A stretch of DNA of 34,761 bases, taken from IMG/VR virus record IMGVR_UViG_3300009481_000048, positions 1-34,761 of that record; one strand, 5' to 3'. How positions within the stretch are numbered: position 1 is the first letter of the stretch; each line of letters begins with the position of its first letter. The position numbers and the translations under genes are program-made. Positions 15,970-25,614 of this stretch are shown in pieces. A model generated the notes under the pieces. That model worked only from the letters and a program-made list of their open reading frames with translations, was not told the DNA's origin and made no database searches. This DNA is from a virus (taxonomy: Duplodnaviria > Caudoviricetes).

Positions 15970-18900
15970 TACACTATACCTTTATTACCAAAAGCCATAT
16001 CATATCTGGCTCTTTGAGTTGGATCGTTTGCAATATTACTATTTTTTATACCTAAATTAGCAATACCACTGTTAGCTTGGTTTGTGTTCATCGCTACATT
16101 AGTTGGAGCTACATTAGTTGGAGCTACATTAGTTGAAGCTACATTAGTTGACATATTTTCTGTAGTAGCCACGTTAATTGGTTCTTGTGATAGTTTGTTA
16201 GCCCCTTCATAAAAATCTTTACCTTTCATATCTCTATAAAGTTCAATATTTTCTTCAACGTCATTTTCTGGATAAGGTCCTAAATTAAAAATATCTTTGT
16301 CTTTTAAATATGAACCAAAAAGCACATTAATATATTTTTTAAATGTTTCCATGTCACGAGGGTTTAATTTTTTTAGCCCTTTAGGTCCTGTTTTGTTACC
16401 TAAAGCTACCATTTTGTTAAAAGTGCTTAATAAATCTGGGTCTAATAAAATTTCAGTCATTTGTTTATGTGTTTTTAAACCAAGACCTCTTTTTAAACCC
16501 TCATAAAACCTACCTCTAGCCGTTAAAGGTGGAGCAAGTCTAGTTATTATAAAAGTATCAATAATAACAGGCACAGTAAGTTTTGCTTTAGTGCCTCCTT
16601 TTGCTGCTTGTGATCTATACATTATTTTTAAAGACTCTTTAAAAGTTTCTAAATTATTTAAATATTGAGGTTGATCTGCAAAAACAATTTGTAATTTTTT
16701 CTTTTGCTTGCCGTAATTTGCAACAAATTTTTTAAAATCTATTAGATCAGTCATTGGATCTAAAGAATCGTTACGAAGATTTTGAGCTATAACTGTTTGT
16801 AATCTTTTTAATACGGCAGGTTGTTTTTTAACTTCGTTTACAACAGTGCGTAATGTTTGAATTGCATCTCTTGTATATATTTTATTAACAATCTGATCAG
16901 GATCAAGATTTTCAAGTTTGCCAAGCGTTGTGGTTTTTAAGTCTTTTGCAAGTTTTGTGTTGTTTGCAGCATTTTTTTCAAAAGTTTTAGCTAAATCCGC
17001 TATTGTATCAAATTTATTTTTATCAGCTCCGTAAAATTTTTTTACAGCATAACCATAATCTTTCATAAATCTAGCATGTTTAGCCAGATCAGGCTTACCT
17101 GATCGAGTAGGGTCAACAAAATCTTTGTAAAAATTTTCTATACTTTTTTTATAATTATTTAAATAACTAGGCTTTTGTTTAAGTATGTCATAAACTTGAT
17201 CTATAGCTCTTTGATTATTTTTTAAAAAAGTTTGTTTAAAGACTTCTTCGTCACCTATTTTTAAAGCACCCGTAGACGGATCTATTTTCATGACCCTGTT
17301 AATAACAGAGCTTATATGTTCTTTATAATATTTATATTCGTCACCTATTTTTAAATAATCTTTATAGAATTGGTCATCTACTCCTAAATCTTTTTGCATT
17401 TGTTTGTTTAAAGCTTTAATTATATTTCCTGGAAAACCTGTAATCTCTTCAGGGCCTCCTTTTTTTATATATCTATCTATTTTTAACAAAGCACTTAAAG
17501 TTTCTTTAACTTCGTTCATAGTCATTGTGCCTTTTTGAAAATCTTCTACTTTAAGAAATGCTTCAAGATCTTTTGAACGAACTTTATTTAAACTTTGATT
17601 TTTTTTAATAATACCAATTGCTTTTAATATTTCATCTGTATTAATAGTTCTTGCACCACCTACTTTAAACAAATTAGCATATGATTTTTCAAAACCTTTT
17701 AAAATAGTATCCTCAATAGTTTCAAAAGTATTTCTTATTTTTTGGCCTAAAAGTTTTTCTTGTCCGCTAGGTAATTTTATAAACTCATTAGTTAATTTTT
17801 TGCCTGCATTAATTTCAGCATTTAGAGCTTCTTTTCTTAAAGGGGCGTGTGCTTTTTCTATTATTTTTTTAATAAAAACACTTAATTCTTCAGCGTCTAC
17901 AGAACTTTTTTTATCATAAGCACTTTTTTTATGAAAAGCTTTCTCTGAATTAATTATAAAATCTCTTAAATTTTCAGCTCTTGCTTTGTTAAATATATCA
18001 AAAGTTCCTCGAACGCCATACTGTTCATTAAGTTCATAGCCACTTTGTTTAGCTAAAAGTTCAAAACTATCTGAGGCTTCTGCTATAGTAAAAGTTAATT
18101 TGTTTTTCATGTTCATTTTAGCAGACGCATCTCGATAGTTTTTTAAAGTTTTTACAGCACTTTCTGTTAATTTATTATTAGTGTATAAATTTTTTATTTC
18201 TTGTTCTGAAAAAGCCTCTACAGGGTCAGCACTAGTTTTAAATTTAGTACCTAAAACTTTATTACTTGCTTTTGCTACATTATTAGCTGTCCATTTTAAT
18301 ATAGGTACAAATGCAAAACCTCCAGCAGTTAAAACAGCCGAAAACTCATTAAACCAATCTTCACCATATTTCTCTTTTACAACATTAATTGCTCCTTCCG
18401 CTGTTTGAGAACCGTACATGTAATCACCTATACCTAACCTAATCGCATCCGCCGCTGCAACTGTAAAACCTGAAGTTGTAGATGCTGCAGCTATTTTACT
18501 TTTTACCCCACCTGGAGTGTAGATAGCCGCAAGACTGCTGGCTATTATGTCAGGTATGACAACAACAGCGTCTCCCGTAAATCGTGAAAAATCAGAAGCA
18601 TCAATACCTTCTGGATTTAATAAACTCCATTGATTTTTAACGGGGTTAAAAAATTCTATAGAGCCTGTTTTAGGTCCAGTTCTTATTTCTATTTTTTGAT
18701 CAAACACTTCTTCTAAAGCCGTGCTTAAATATTGCATACCTTGCTTTTCGTTTTCAGCAAAACTTTGAGCTTTTCTAGCATCGGTTATGTCACCACTAGG
18801 GTTTACATCCACATCAAAACTTTTAGCTATTTCAAATTCACCATAAGGGTCTGCAACCTCTTCATAAGCTAAAGGCATAAATATATCAATAGGGGATTGT

Positions 18901-19274
18901 GTCACAGCTTCTTGTTTTGTTCTTTTATCGTATGTATTTAAAAAATCTTTAAATTTAGGATTAAAATTTTTATCTTTACTTTTTATATATTCATAAACAT
19001 CGTTGGTTTTTTGTATATTATCTTTTTCACTTGTGTTGTTATTTTTAAAATAACCATCTCCGTAGCTAGATAAATCAACATTGTCTAAATTTTTTAAAGA
19101 AACTATAGGGCTTTTTGGATCAAACTTTTTTACAAAATCATAATAATTATCGTTGGTCTGCCCTTTACTACGTTTTTGTTCAAAAAAATAATTAGTTACC
19201 TTTTCATCAGTGCTTGTTGATTCAGGTCTTTTTTCTCTAAATTGTTCCAGTGTTTCAATTTCGCTAATTTTCAT
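15969..19274 (-). CDS. Large putative internal virion (ejection) protein
   Basis: 1101 aa, helical and Lys-rich, Ala/Gly hydrophobic stretch near aa 225-330; last of the size-ordered genes after the tail module. Confidence 0.65.
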   Translation of the reverse strand: MKISEIETLEQFREKRPESTSTDEKVTNYFFEQKRSKGQTNDNYYDFVKKFDPKSPIVSLKNLDNVDLSSYGDGYFKNNNTSEKDNIQKTNDVYEYIKSKDKNFNPKFKDFLNTYDKRTKQEAVTQSPIDIFMPLAYEEVADPYGEFEIAKSFDVDVNPSGDITDARKAQSFAENEKQGMQYLSTALEEVFDQKIEIRTGPKTGSIEFFNPVKNQWSLLNPEGIDASDFSRFTGDAVVVIPDIIASSLAAIYTPGGVKSKIAAASTTSGFTVAAADAIRLGIGDYMYGSQTAEGAINVVKEKYGEDWFNEFSAVLTAGGFAFVPILKWTANNVAKASNKVLGTKFKTSADPVEAFSEQEIKNLYTNNKLTESAVKTLKNYRDASAKMNMKNKLTFTIAEASDSFELLAKQSGYELNEQYGVRGTFDIFNKARAENLRDFIINSEKAFHKKSAYDKKSSVDAEELSVFIKKIIEKAHAPLRKEALNAEINAGKKLTNEFIKLPSGQEKLLGQKIRNTFETIEDTILKGFEKSYANLFKVGGARTINTDEILKAIGIIKKNQSLNKVRSKDLEAFLKVEDFQKGTMTMNEVKETLSALLKIDRYIKKGGPEEITGFPGNIIKALNKQMQKDLGVDDQFYKDYLKIGDEYKYYKEHISSVINRVMKIDPSTGALKIGDEEVFKQTFLKNNQRAIDQVYDILKQKPSYLNNYKKSIENFYKDFVDPTRSGKPDLAKHARFMKDYGYAVKKFYGADKNKFDTIADLAKTFEKNAANNTKLAKDLKTTTLGKLENLDPDQIVNKIYTRDAIQTLRTVVNEVKKQPAVLKRLQTVIAQNLRNDSLDPMTDLIDFKKFVANYGKQKKKLQIVFADQPQYLNNLETFKESLKIMYRSQAAKGGTKAKLTVPVIIDTFIITRLAPPLTARGRFYEGLKRGLGLKTHKQMTEILLDPDLLSTFNKMVALGNKTGPKGLKKLNPRDMETFKKYINVLFGSYLKDKDIFNLGPYPENDVEENIELYRDMKGKDFYEGANKLSQEPINVATTENMSTNVASTNVAPTNVAPTNVAMNTNQANSGIANLGIKNSNIANDPTQRARYDMAFGNKGIV
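16093..16152 (-). repeat. 15-bp coding tandem repeat x4 encoding (S/P)TNVA
   Basis: GCTACATTAGTTGga/ga/aa/ac four times. Confidence 0.9.
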
Positions 19275-20698
19275 AAGTTATCATCTACCTCGCCGTCATT
19301 TTCTTCAGAGCCTTCTTTAAGTTTATTAGGAATATAACCAACTTCAGGAAATTTACCTTTTCCGCTACTTAAACTATCAACTACATCAAAAATTTGCATA
19401 AATCTTGAATTAAAACCTGCATTTTTACAAGATGTTCTATCTGTACAGTCATAAACTCTCATTAATTTACCTAAATTGCTTTGAGATAAATCAAGTGTAA
19501 GTGCTCTAACACCTGATAAGAAAGTCTTGTAATCTCCACCTGTACCAACAGATTGTAAAGCTAATTCAATATCTGTAACAGAGAACCTGCCCCCCTCCTC
19601 TCTAGATTTAGCTATGGCGTAAGCAAATTCTATAACTTGAGTTTTCTGTGCTTGATTTAAAGCTAAAAACTTATCTCGAGATTTTTGACTTAAAGGAGAA
19701 CCTACCTTATTGTTATCATAAATAAGTGTCCCTTCTTCAATCGCTTTTCTAACTTCACGGTTTATATCGTAAAATTCATTTTTAGCGTCTGGATCCCTAC
19801 CTACAATTGATTCAAATAATCCTTTTACAGCACTGTTAACTGTATTTATCGTGTCAGCAACATTTCCAGATAAAGCCCCCGCTATAGAAGTTGCCTCTAT
19901 CCTACCTGCAGCTTGTATCAAGCCTAAAACATTGTCAGCTTGTTTTTCATACCCAATTTTTACTTTAACTCTTTCTTTTTGTTCTTTTTCCTCTATGCTC
20001 ATTTGCATTAGTTTTTCTAAATCACCTTTAGTATCTAAAACAATTCCTGGATATGTTTTTGCTAAATTTCTAACAAAATCCCCACTTCGAGTGTAGTCTT
20101 TAGCTATTTCAAAAAATGTTCCTGGTTTAGCAGGGTTTTCTATTCTTTTATTAACAGAAAAACTTGCAGTTTTAGGACTAGCTTGTTCGTATTGATCTGG
20201 ACTAGCAGTGTATAGTGCATAAGGAACTTTTTTAGTTTTTCCATCTAAAGTGTCATATACCTCAACTAAATTTAAAGAACCCGTTTTTGCAGCTTCACGG
20301 TCTTCTTTTCTTTTTTTCAAATCTAATTCTTTCATAGCAAGTATACTAGGTCCAACCGCAGCTAAACCTTTACCCGTGCTTTCTAAAAGACCACTAAGTC
20401 TAGATTGCCCTGGTCTTACTGTACCTGTCATTAATTGTGCGGCAATAGGTAATAAAATTTGTAATCTAGCTTGATCGGGAGTAAATGCGGAACCTTCACC
20501 ACCAAAACCCATAAAAGTTTCATTACCAGTGTTTGTGTTTTTTTCTTCGGGTAACTTTTTAATACCAAAATCAGACATATCTGTTCTACCAAGATTGCCA
20601 TCAACGTCACCTCCGTTTTTAAACTTAGGTAAATTTTTAGGTTTAACGGTATTAAGATACTTTTGTCTAAATAATTTTCTGTTTAATACTTTATCCAT
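19271..20698 (-). CDS. Putative internal virion protein
   Basis: Likely start MDKVLNRKLF (20698); FKNGG motif, amphipathic helices, GGRFSVTDI; ATGA coupling to next gene. Confidence 0.6.
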   Translation of the reverse strand: MDKVLNRKLFRQKYLNTVKPKNLPKFKNGGDVDGNLGRTDMSDFGIKKLPEEKNTNTGNETFMGFGGEGSAFTPDQARLQILLPIAAQLMTGTVRPGQSRLSGLLESTGKGLAAVGPSILAMKELDLKKRKEDREAAKTGSLNLVEVYDTLDGKTKKVPYALYTASPDQYEQASPKTASFSVNKRIENPAKPGTFFEIAKDYTRSGDFVRNLAKTYPGIVLDTKGDLEKLMQMSIEEKEQKERVKVKIGYEKQADNVLGLIQAAGRIEATSIAGALSGNVADTINTVNSAVKGLFESIVGRDPDAKNEFYDINREVRKAIEEGTLIYDNNKVGSPLSQKSRDKFLALNQAQKTQVIEFAYAIAKSREEGGRFSVTDIELALQSVGTGGDYKTFLSGVRALTLDLSQSNLGKLMRVYDCTDRTSCKNAGFNSRFMQIFDVVDSLSSGKGKFPEVGYIPNKLKEGSEENDGEVDDNL

Positions 20699-20699
20699 A

Positions 20700-21755
20700 C
20701 TATACTTTTCCTGACATTCCTTTTGCAATTGGGTTAAACGCAGCATACGCAGCTAAACCTGTTCCCGCCGCTTGAGCTAATGGGTTAGTTCCAGGAGCCG
20801 TGGTCGATGTTACCTGACTCGCGGCAGTTGGTAATGCAGTCATAATTCCTTTTTGAAACTCTAATCTTTGGTAAGGTTCATACGCTCTTGCTAATTCAGT
20901 TTGTCGAGCAGCATCTAAAGCTTGTTGTCCCGCGGCCCTTTGCGATTGTCCTGCTTGTAACATTCTTTGTATATCTTGACCCTGCATGTTTTGTTGTTGT
21001 TGGCCAAACGCACCTAATTGACTTGCGGCCTGTTGTTGAGCAGCTACTTGTGTTGCTTGTTGATTTTGAGCTGCTTGTAAAGCTTGACCATAATTTTGCT
21101 GTGCTGCCGCTCCAATAGCTTGTTGTGTTCTACCTTGAAGTTCAGCTAACTGTATACCTTCACGTCCACCACCAAATGCCCCTGACCCTACTGCTTGAGC
21201 ACCTATAGCATTTCGTTGCATTGCTGCTTGACGATTTATTTCATCTGTTACAAATTGATTGTATGGATTTAAAAAACCACTAACATCAGGAGCCTGCATC
21301 GCTGTTGTTTGAGCACCCAAGGCTGAAGCAATACCTTGATTTGTAGCTGTTGTTCCAGTCCCTGTCATTGCCGCATCACGATAAGCTTGTTGTTCTAACG
21401 CTGTAGGAGCTGCCGCTTGAAAAGCTGGAATATTAACAGGTCTTTGAGTTAATTGTGCTGAAGCATCGTACAAAGCTAATTTACGAGCTTCGATTTCAGG
21501 TGCCTCACGACTAAAAGTTGTTTGTGTTTCAGAAGGTGTTGAGGTACTACCACCACCACCAAAGTAACCTTTTAATTTTGTTTTAGGATTAACTTGACCA
21601 GCACCGCCAACAGACTTTAACAATTCTATTTCATAAAGATTTACATGAGCTAGCTCAGTGTCTTCATATTCACCACAAGATGCAATATCTTTGTGTAAAA
21701 CTTTATACAACCAGATTTTAAATTGTATTGGTAATAATTTAAAAATCAATTTCAT
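20700..21755 (-). CDS. Putative ejection/pilot protein (Gln/Ala/Gly-rich)
   Basis: DTELAHVN..E..LLK..GG.G..NPKT, FLNPY, GAFGGGR, Gln/Ala coiled coil, hydrophobic C-terminus. Confidence 0.7.
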   Translation of the reverse strand: MKLIFKLLPIQFKIWLYKVLHKDIASCGEYEDTELAHVNLYEIELLKSVGGAGQVNPKTKLKGYFGGGGSTSTPSETQTTFSREAPEIEARKLALYDASAQLTQRPVNIPAFQAAAPTALEQQAYRDAAMTGTGTTATNQGIASALGAQTTAMQAPDVSGFLNPYNQFVTDEINRQAAMQRNAIGAQAVGSGAFGGGREGIQLAELQGRTQQAIGAAAQQNYGQALQAAQNQQATQVAAQQQAASQLGAFGQQQQNMQGQDIQRMLQAGQSQRAAGQQALDAARQTELARAYEPYQRLEFQKGIMTALPTAASQVTSTTAPGTNPLAQAAGTGLAAYAAFNPIAKGMSGKV

Positions 21756-22158
21756 AATAACTTCCAGTTTGTTTAAATTTAATATCTTTATCTTTAATTA
21801 CTTTAGACCAGCCTGTTCGACCAATCACTTCTATACCTCGGCAGTCTCTAAATTTAGCGTATGCTATAAAATACTCTTGCATACTTTTTAAATTTTTTAT
21901 AACTTCACTGCCTCCTATAAACAACAACAAATATATAACTTTTGCTGGGTAATACATTTGTTGTCCCACATAAGCCGATTTTAATTCACCATGTATATAA
22001 ACCAAAAATAAATCCATAGTGCCATCTTTAATCAAACAATACGTTGTAGCCATCGTATGCTTGCCATTAGATAAGTCACAAGCCTTACTTATCCAATCTT
22101 TAACATCACCCCAACAATCATCTACATCTTCTAGTTGTACTTTTTTTATTTTAATCAA
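21739..22158 (-). CDS. GNAT-like phage protein in the ejection module
   Basis: TTG start; W..V...I.KA, LLFIGG, YAK..DCRGIEVIGRTGW pattern; position like T7 gp13-type genes. Confidence 0.55.
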   Translation of the reverse strand: MIKIKKVQLEDVDDCWGDVKDWISKACDLSNGKHTMATTYCLIKDGTMDLFLVYIHGELKSAYVGQQMYYPAKVIYLLLFIGGSEVIKNLKSMQEYFIAYAKFRDCRGIEVIGRTGWSKVIKDKDIKFKQTGSYYEIDF

Positions 22159-23309
22159 TTAACTAAATCGTATATACGTTTTAAACTATCCTGTTGATTG
22201 TAAAAGAAAGCTGCTCCCTTCTTTCTCATTTCTTTCATATCTTTTGGATCAGCTCCTGCCATAATACCAGCTCCAAGTATTGCATCTGCACGAGATACAA
22301 ACTCGCCGTCAGCAAGTTGAGCTAACATAGTGTCTTCGTCCTTATCACCCACACCTGTGCCATCTTCTACATAGCCAGATGCTCTAACATAGTTGTTTAC
22401 ATCTTTTTCATCGTGTTCCATTTTACTTGGTAAGTAATTAATACCGCCCTCATTGTATTTAGGCATAATATTAACGATGCCACCTTTGTTGGCATACATC
22501 ATATTGTTATCATAAGTATAAAGATCAGGCATAGCATCATCTTCTTCTGTGTACGTTCTAGGTGTAGTAATACCTGCAATCTGTTTATCTGCTTTTGCTC
22601 TTTCAGAAGTAACTAAATCTTTGTATTCTTGAGTCTCGTAATAAGAAGGTTTTTTATCAGGTGTTTTTGGAGCTGCGGCTAAAGTAAGGGTAGACACGCC
22701 TAATCCAACTTTAGTAGGAGTGCTCATGTTTTTAAAGTAATCTTTAACACGGTTTGTTAAAGTAGGGTTAGCTTGTTCCTCTGCCCCTGCTTTTAAAATA
22801 TTTTCATACACAGAATTTATACCACTTGATGTAGAGCCTGTTACAGCAGATTCTCCTATGCTACGAGTAATACTACCTGTATCCGCTAAGACTTGACCAC
22901 TTGTAGGGTCATAACTAATTGTTGGTAGCCTCATTGTTGGATTAGGAGCAACAAAAGCTGGAGCACCTGCCGCGGTATATGTTTCAACTGCTCCTTTGCC
23001 AAAAAAACCTTCGGGTAAAGCTACTGTTCTTGTAGTTGTTCCAAGATTTGACAAATTTGCAAATTTAGAAACATCCATTGCAGAACCACCCGCAGCTTGA
23101 GCACCTTGAAACATTGCATTTGTTTTAGCAGCCGCATCTGTTGCAGATTTAGCCATAACAAGATCTTTAGATGCTTGTGAGCCAGGCCCAAAAATACCTG
23201 CCGTAACACTACCTAAGATGCCTGACTTTATTGCATTTTTTGTTGAAGCTCCAGCTAGTTTAGCGATTCCAAAACTAGTTAGACCTGCAATTACCCAAAT
23301 TGGCGGCAT
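22155..23309 (-). CDS. Putative internal virion protein
   Basis: Hydrophobic Gly/Ala N-terminus; C-terminal G.G....D...AQLADGEFV..ADA motif; NKGG/NEGG motifs; AAGGAG upstream. Confidence 0.7.
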   Translation of the reverse strand: MPPIWVIAGLTSFGIAKLAGASTKNAIKSGILGSVTAGIFGPGSQASKDLVMAKSATDAAAKTNAMFQGAQAAGGSAMDVSKFANLSNLGTTTRTVALPEGFFGKGAVETYTAAGAPAFVAPNPTMRLPTISYDPTSGQVLADTGSITRSIGESAVTGSTSSGINSVYENILKAGAEEQANPTLTNRVKDYFKNMSTPTKVGLGVSTLTLAAAPKTPDKKPSYYETQEYKDLVTSERAKADKQIAGITTPRTYTEEDDAMPDLYTYDNNMMYANKGGIVNIMPKYNEGGINYLPSKMEHDEKDVNNYVRASGYVEDGTGVGDKDEDTMLAQLADGEFVSRADAILGAGIMAGADPKDMKEMRKKGAAFFYNQQDSLKRIYDLVN

Positions 23310-23325
23310 ATAATAATCTCCTTAT

Positions 23326-23367
23326 ACTTGTTAGTACAAGTTTACCTCTATTCTTCAGTGCTATCAA
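23326..23367 (-). promoter_or_regulatory. Sigma70-like promoter of the ejection-protein genes with an inverted repeat at the start site
   Basis: TTGATA-17 bp-TAAACT (23367-23339); ACTTGT-4 nt-ACAAGT (23326-23341). Confidence 0.55.
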
Positions 23368-24160
23368 CACTAGTAGGCTTCATTTCGTCCCATAAACGGC
23401 CTGTATACTGAAATTCGCCTACATGAGTTATATAATCCATAATATAACAATAACACTTACCACCTGTGTTACGCCATAACCTACAAAAAGCAAAGTCTTC
23501 ACCAAGAAAACGTTTGTTTTCTTGATCATAATAAGTGTCAAAAAAGTTATACAGATAAGGTTTTTTCTGTAGTTTGCCATCAATCAGGCTCTCTTGGTGT
23601 ATCTCCATATCTGGATAAGATTCAATCAAAGTATCAAACACTTCTCGTTTAATGAGCATACACCCCGTAGGTGCATGAGTGACTTCAATCACTCCGTCTC
23701 CTTCTATCTGAATTGCTTCATTATCTTCTAATCGCAAGGGGTAAGTATTACAATTGACATGAGCTTCGTGGGCCGTGGTCACATCACCATGTAATATTTT
23801 TTGAATGAGTCGGTCGAACTTAATATCTTTTAAAGGGTAGGGTACAGAAATGACATCCTTGTCAGCCTCAAGCATACTCCATATACTGTCTGAGGAAAAC
23901 GCTATATCTGAATCAATAAAAAGCATATGCGACATTTCGCTTTTTAAAAAAGAGGCAGTACATAAGTTTCTGCCTTGTGTGACTAGTGATGATTTTATCA
24001 TTTCAAAAACGACTTTAACACCTTTTTTCATACATTCTTTTTGAAACTCTAATAAACTTTGGGTGTAATGAATAGATACATCCGAGTGCACGGGTGTAGC
24101 TACATAGATACCCAGTTCTCTTTCTTGATTAAGCCACAATGGTTTACTTGGATCTGGCAT
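23348..24160 (-). CDS. GT-A fold glycosyltransferase-like protein
   Basis: VATP, SLVTQGRN, LFIDSDI (DxD), TGCMLIKR, GEDFAFC, HVG. Confidence 0.8.
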   Translation of the reverse strand: MPDPSKPLWLNQERELGIYVATPVHSDVSIHYTQSLLEFQKECMKKGVKVVFEMIKSSLVTQGRNLCTASFLKSEMSHMLFIDSDIAFSSDSIWSMLEADKDVISVPYPLKDIKFDRLIQKILHGDVTTAHEAHVNCNTYPLRLEDNEAIQIEGDGVIEVTHAPTGCMLIKREVFDTLIESYPDMEIHQESLIDGKLQKKPYLYNFFDTYYDQENKRFLGEDFAFCRLWRNTGGKCYCYIMDYITHVGEFQYTGRLWDEMKPTSVDSTEE

Positions 24161-25079
24161 GTAGGGCTCCTTCTAAAAATCTAGTCCACTCAATAGCTTT
24201 CTTATCCCAATTATAATAACGTTTGGTGTAGTCTTGTTGTACCAAAAGATGCTCATAGATAGCATCCTCATGTAAATGTCGCATACCAGCTTTAATCGCA
24301 TAAGCAAAGTTTTCAGCTAGTTTTTTATAATTATCGGTATAATTAACATAGATAGGAAATTCAGCACAAGTCTCATACAAAGCCCCGTAGTTGGTGGTGA
24401 CACAGTATAATCCAGCCGCCATAGCTTCGAGAGCCGAGATACATGAGGTCTCCTCCCAGATACTAGGGTAAGCAAACATGTGATAATCTTTCATCTTATT
24501 TAAAATAAAATCGTTAGACTCATGCCCGATATAGTTAACATTAGGTAATGCTCTTGCTTGATCGAATAGTTCTTCCCAGTCGGCATTGTTATCTTTAGCA
24601 AATTTTTCACCATACACTTCACAGTTGCTGTATACATCTAATACTATATTCTCATCTTGCAAGTGTTGCATAGCTAGTAGCAATACGTTCAAACCACGCC
24701 ACGGTGTTGGTTGAAAGACTAATCGTAAGGTGTCCCCTTGTTCATACGGTTTTCTTTCTGGGAAATGTGTAACCCCATTTTTAATCACATGACACCTTTC
24801 GGTCGGTATGTCATACATCATACGAAACTTCTCGTAGTTCCAATGCGAGTTAAACACATACCAATCGTATTTATAATGATTAGACTTGTTTTGAAAAAAA
24901 GGTCGAATATTAGGTTGGTCGTAACTGTTCTTTTGCCACAAGATGTTGATCTTGTTTTCATCAATAGGGACTTTGTTAGGTATAGAAGTGCAGATTTGAA
25001 AGTGACTAAGTAAGTCTGAGTCAACTCGTGCGGTTAAAAAATCGTGTTGTAATTCTGTGCCACCTTTAGGCTCACTCAT
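24144..25079 (-). CDS. GT-B fold glycosyltransferase (GT4-like)
   Basis: Likely start MSEPKGGTE (25079); VFNS, IKNG, PWRGL, YPSIWEETSCISALEAMAAG (E-x7-E). Confidence 0.88.
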   Translation of the reverse strand: MSEPKGGTELQHDFLTARVDSDLLSHFQICTSIPNKVPIDENKINILWQKNSYDQPNIRPFFQNKSNHYKYDWYVFNSHWNYEKFRMMYDIPTERCHVIKNGVTHFPERKPYEQGDTLRLVFQPTPWRGLNVLLLAMQHLQDENIVLDVYSNCEVYGEKFAKDNNADWEELFDQARALPNVNYIGHESNDFILNKMKDYHMFAYPSIWEETSCISALEAMAAGLYCVTTNYGALYETCAEFPIYVNYTDNYKKLAENFAYAIKAGMRHLHEDAIYEHLLVQQDYTKRYYNWDKKAIEWTRFLEGALHARSK

Positions 25080-25263
25080 TCGTCTCCCCAAAGAGATCAA
25101 GTTTAGGAACAATAATGGTTACATCACGTTGGATATCTTCTTCTTTGGTGTCAGTGCCTGCATCAGCTACATCAGCTTGAGCTTCTTCCTCAGTAGCATA
25201 CTCTAAGCCAGACTTTTTATTAGATATCTTAGTTTGTGATTCGCAATCAATAGTAATCGTCAT
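25072..25263 (-). CDS. Small acidic hypothetical protein
   Basis: 63 aa, own promoter upstream, overlaps GT start. Confidence 0.7.
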   Translation of the reverse strand: MTITIDCESQTKISNKKSGLEYATEEEAQADVADAGTDTKEEDIQRDVTIIVPKLDLFGETNE

Positions 25264-25269
25264 GGCTGT

Positions 25270-25298
25270 ATTTTAACCATTTTCTTGCGATCTGTCTA
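25270..25298 (-). promoter_or_regulatory. Sigma70-like leaderless promoter for the 63-aa gene and two glycosyltransferases
   Basis: TAGACA-17 bp-TAAAAT-6 nt-ATG(25263). Confidence 0.6.
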
Positions 25299-25614
25299 AT
25301 TGAGCATAGGAGATGACACCTGATACCTTAGCTGCTGTTTCTGCGGTCATTTTAAGAATATCACCTTCTTCTAATACAAGCGTGTTCGTTATAATATCAG
25401 TGGTGCTAACGGCTGCAATATCTTGATTACCAATGGTATGCGTAGCCGTAGCTGAAGTATCTGTTAGTTTTGTAGTTAAAGTCACTGCACTACTATGTAT
25501 ATTTACTGCTTGAATTTGTTTAATTAACAATCTTGCATCACTAGGAGCAGTTAATACAGAAGTCTCGTCAGTATTCGCTAAAGTAAAACCTTGGTTTTTA
25601 TATTGTATTGTCAT
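25273..25614 (-). CDS. Small beta-rich tail-associated protein
   Basis: 113 aa, LVLEEGDILK motif, downstream of large tail gene. Confidence 0.7.
   Translation of the reverse strand: MTIQYKNQGFTLANTDETSVLTAPSDARLLIKQIQAVNIHSSAVTLTTKLTDTSATATHTIGNQDIAAVSTTDIITNTLVLEEGDILKMTAETAAKVSGVISYAQLDRSQENG

Noticed and set aside
10746-16152. CRISPR-Cas (Cas4-like nuclease plus short repeats)
   Set aside because: Nuclease lacks the four-Cys cluster pattern; repeats are in-frame coding tandem repeats without spacers.
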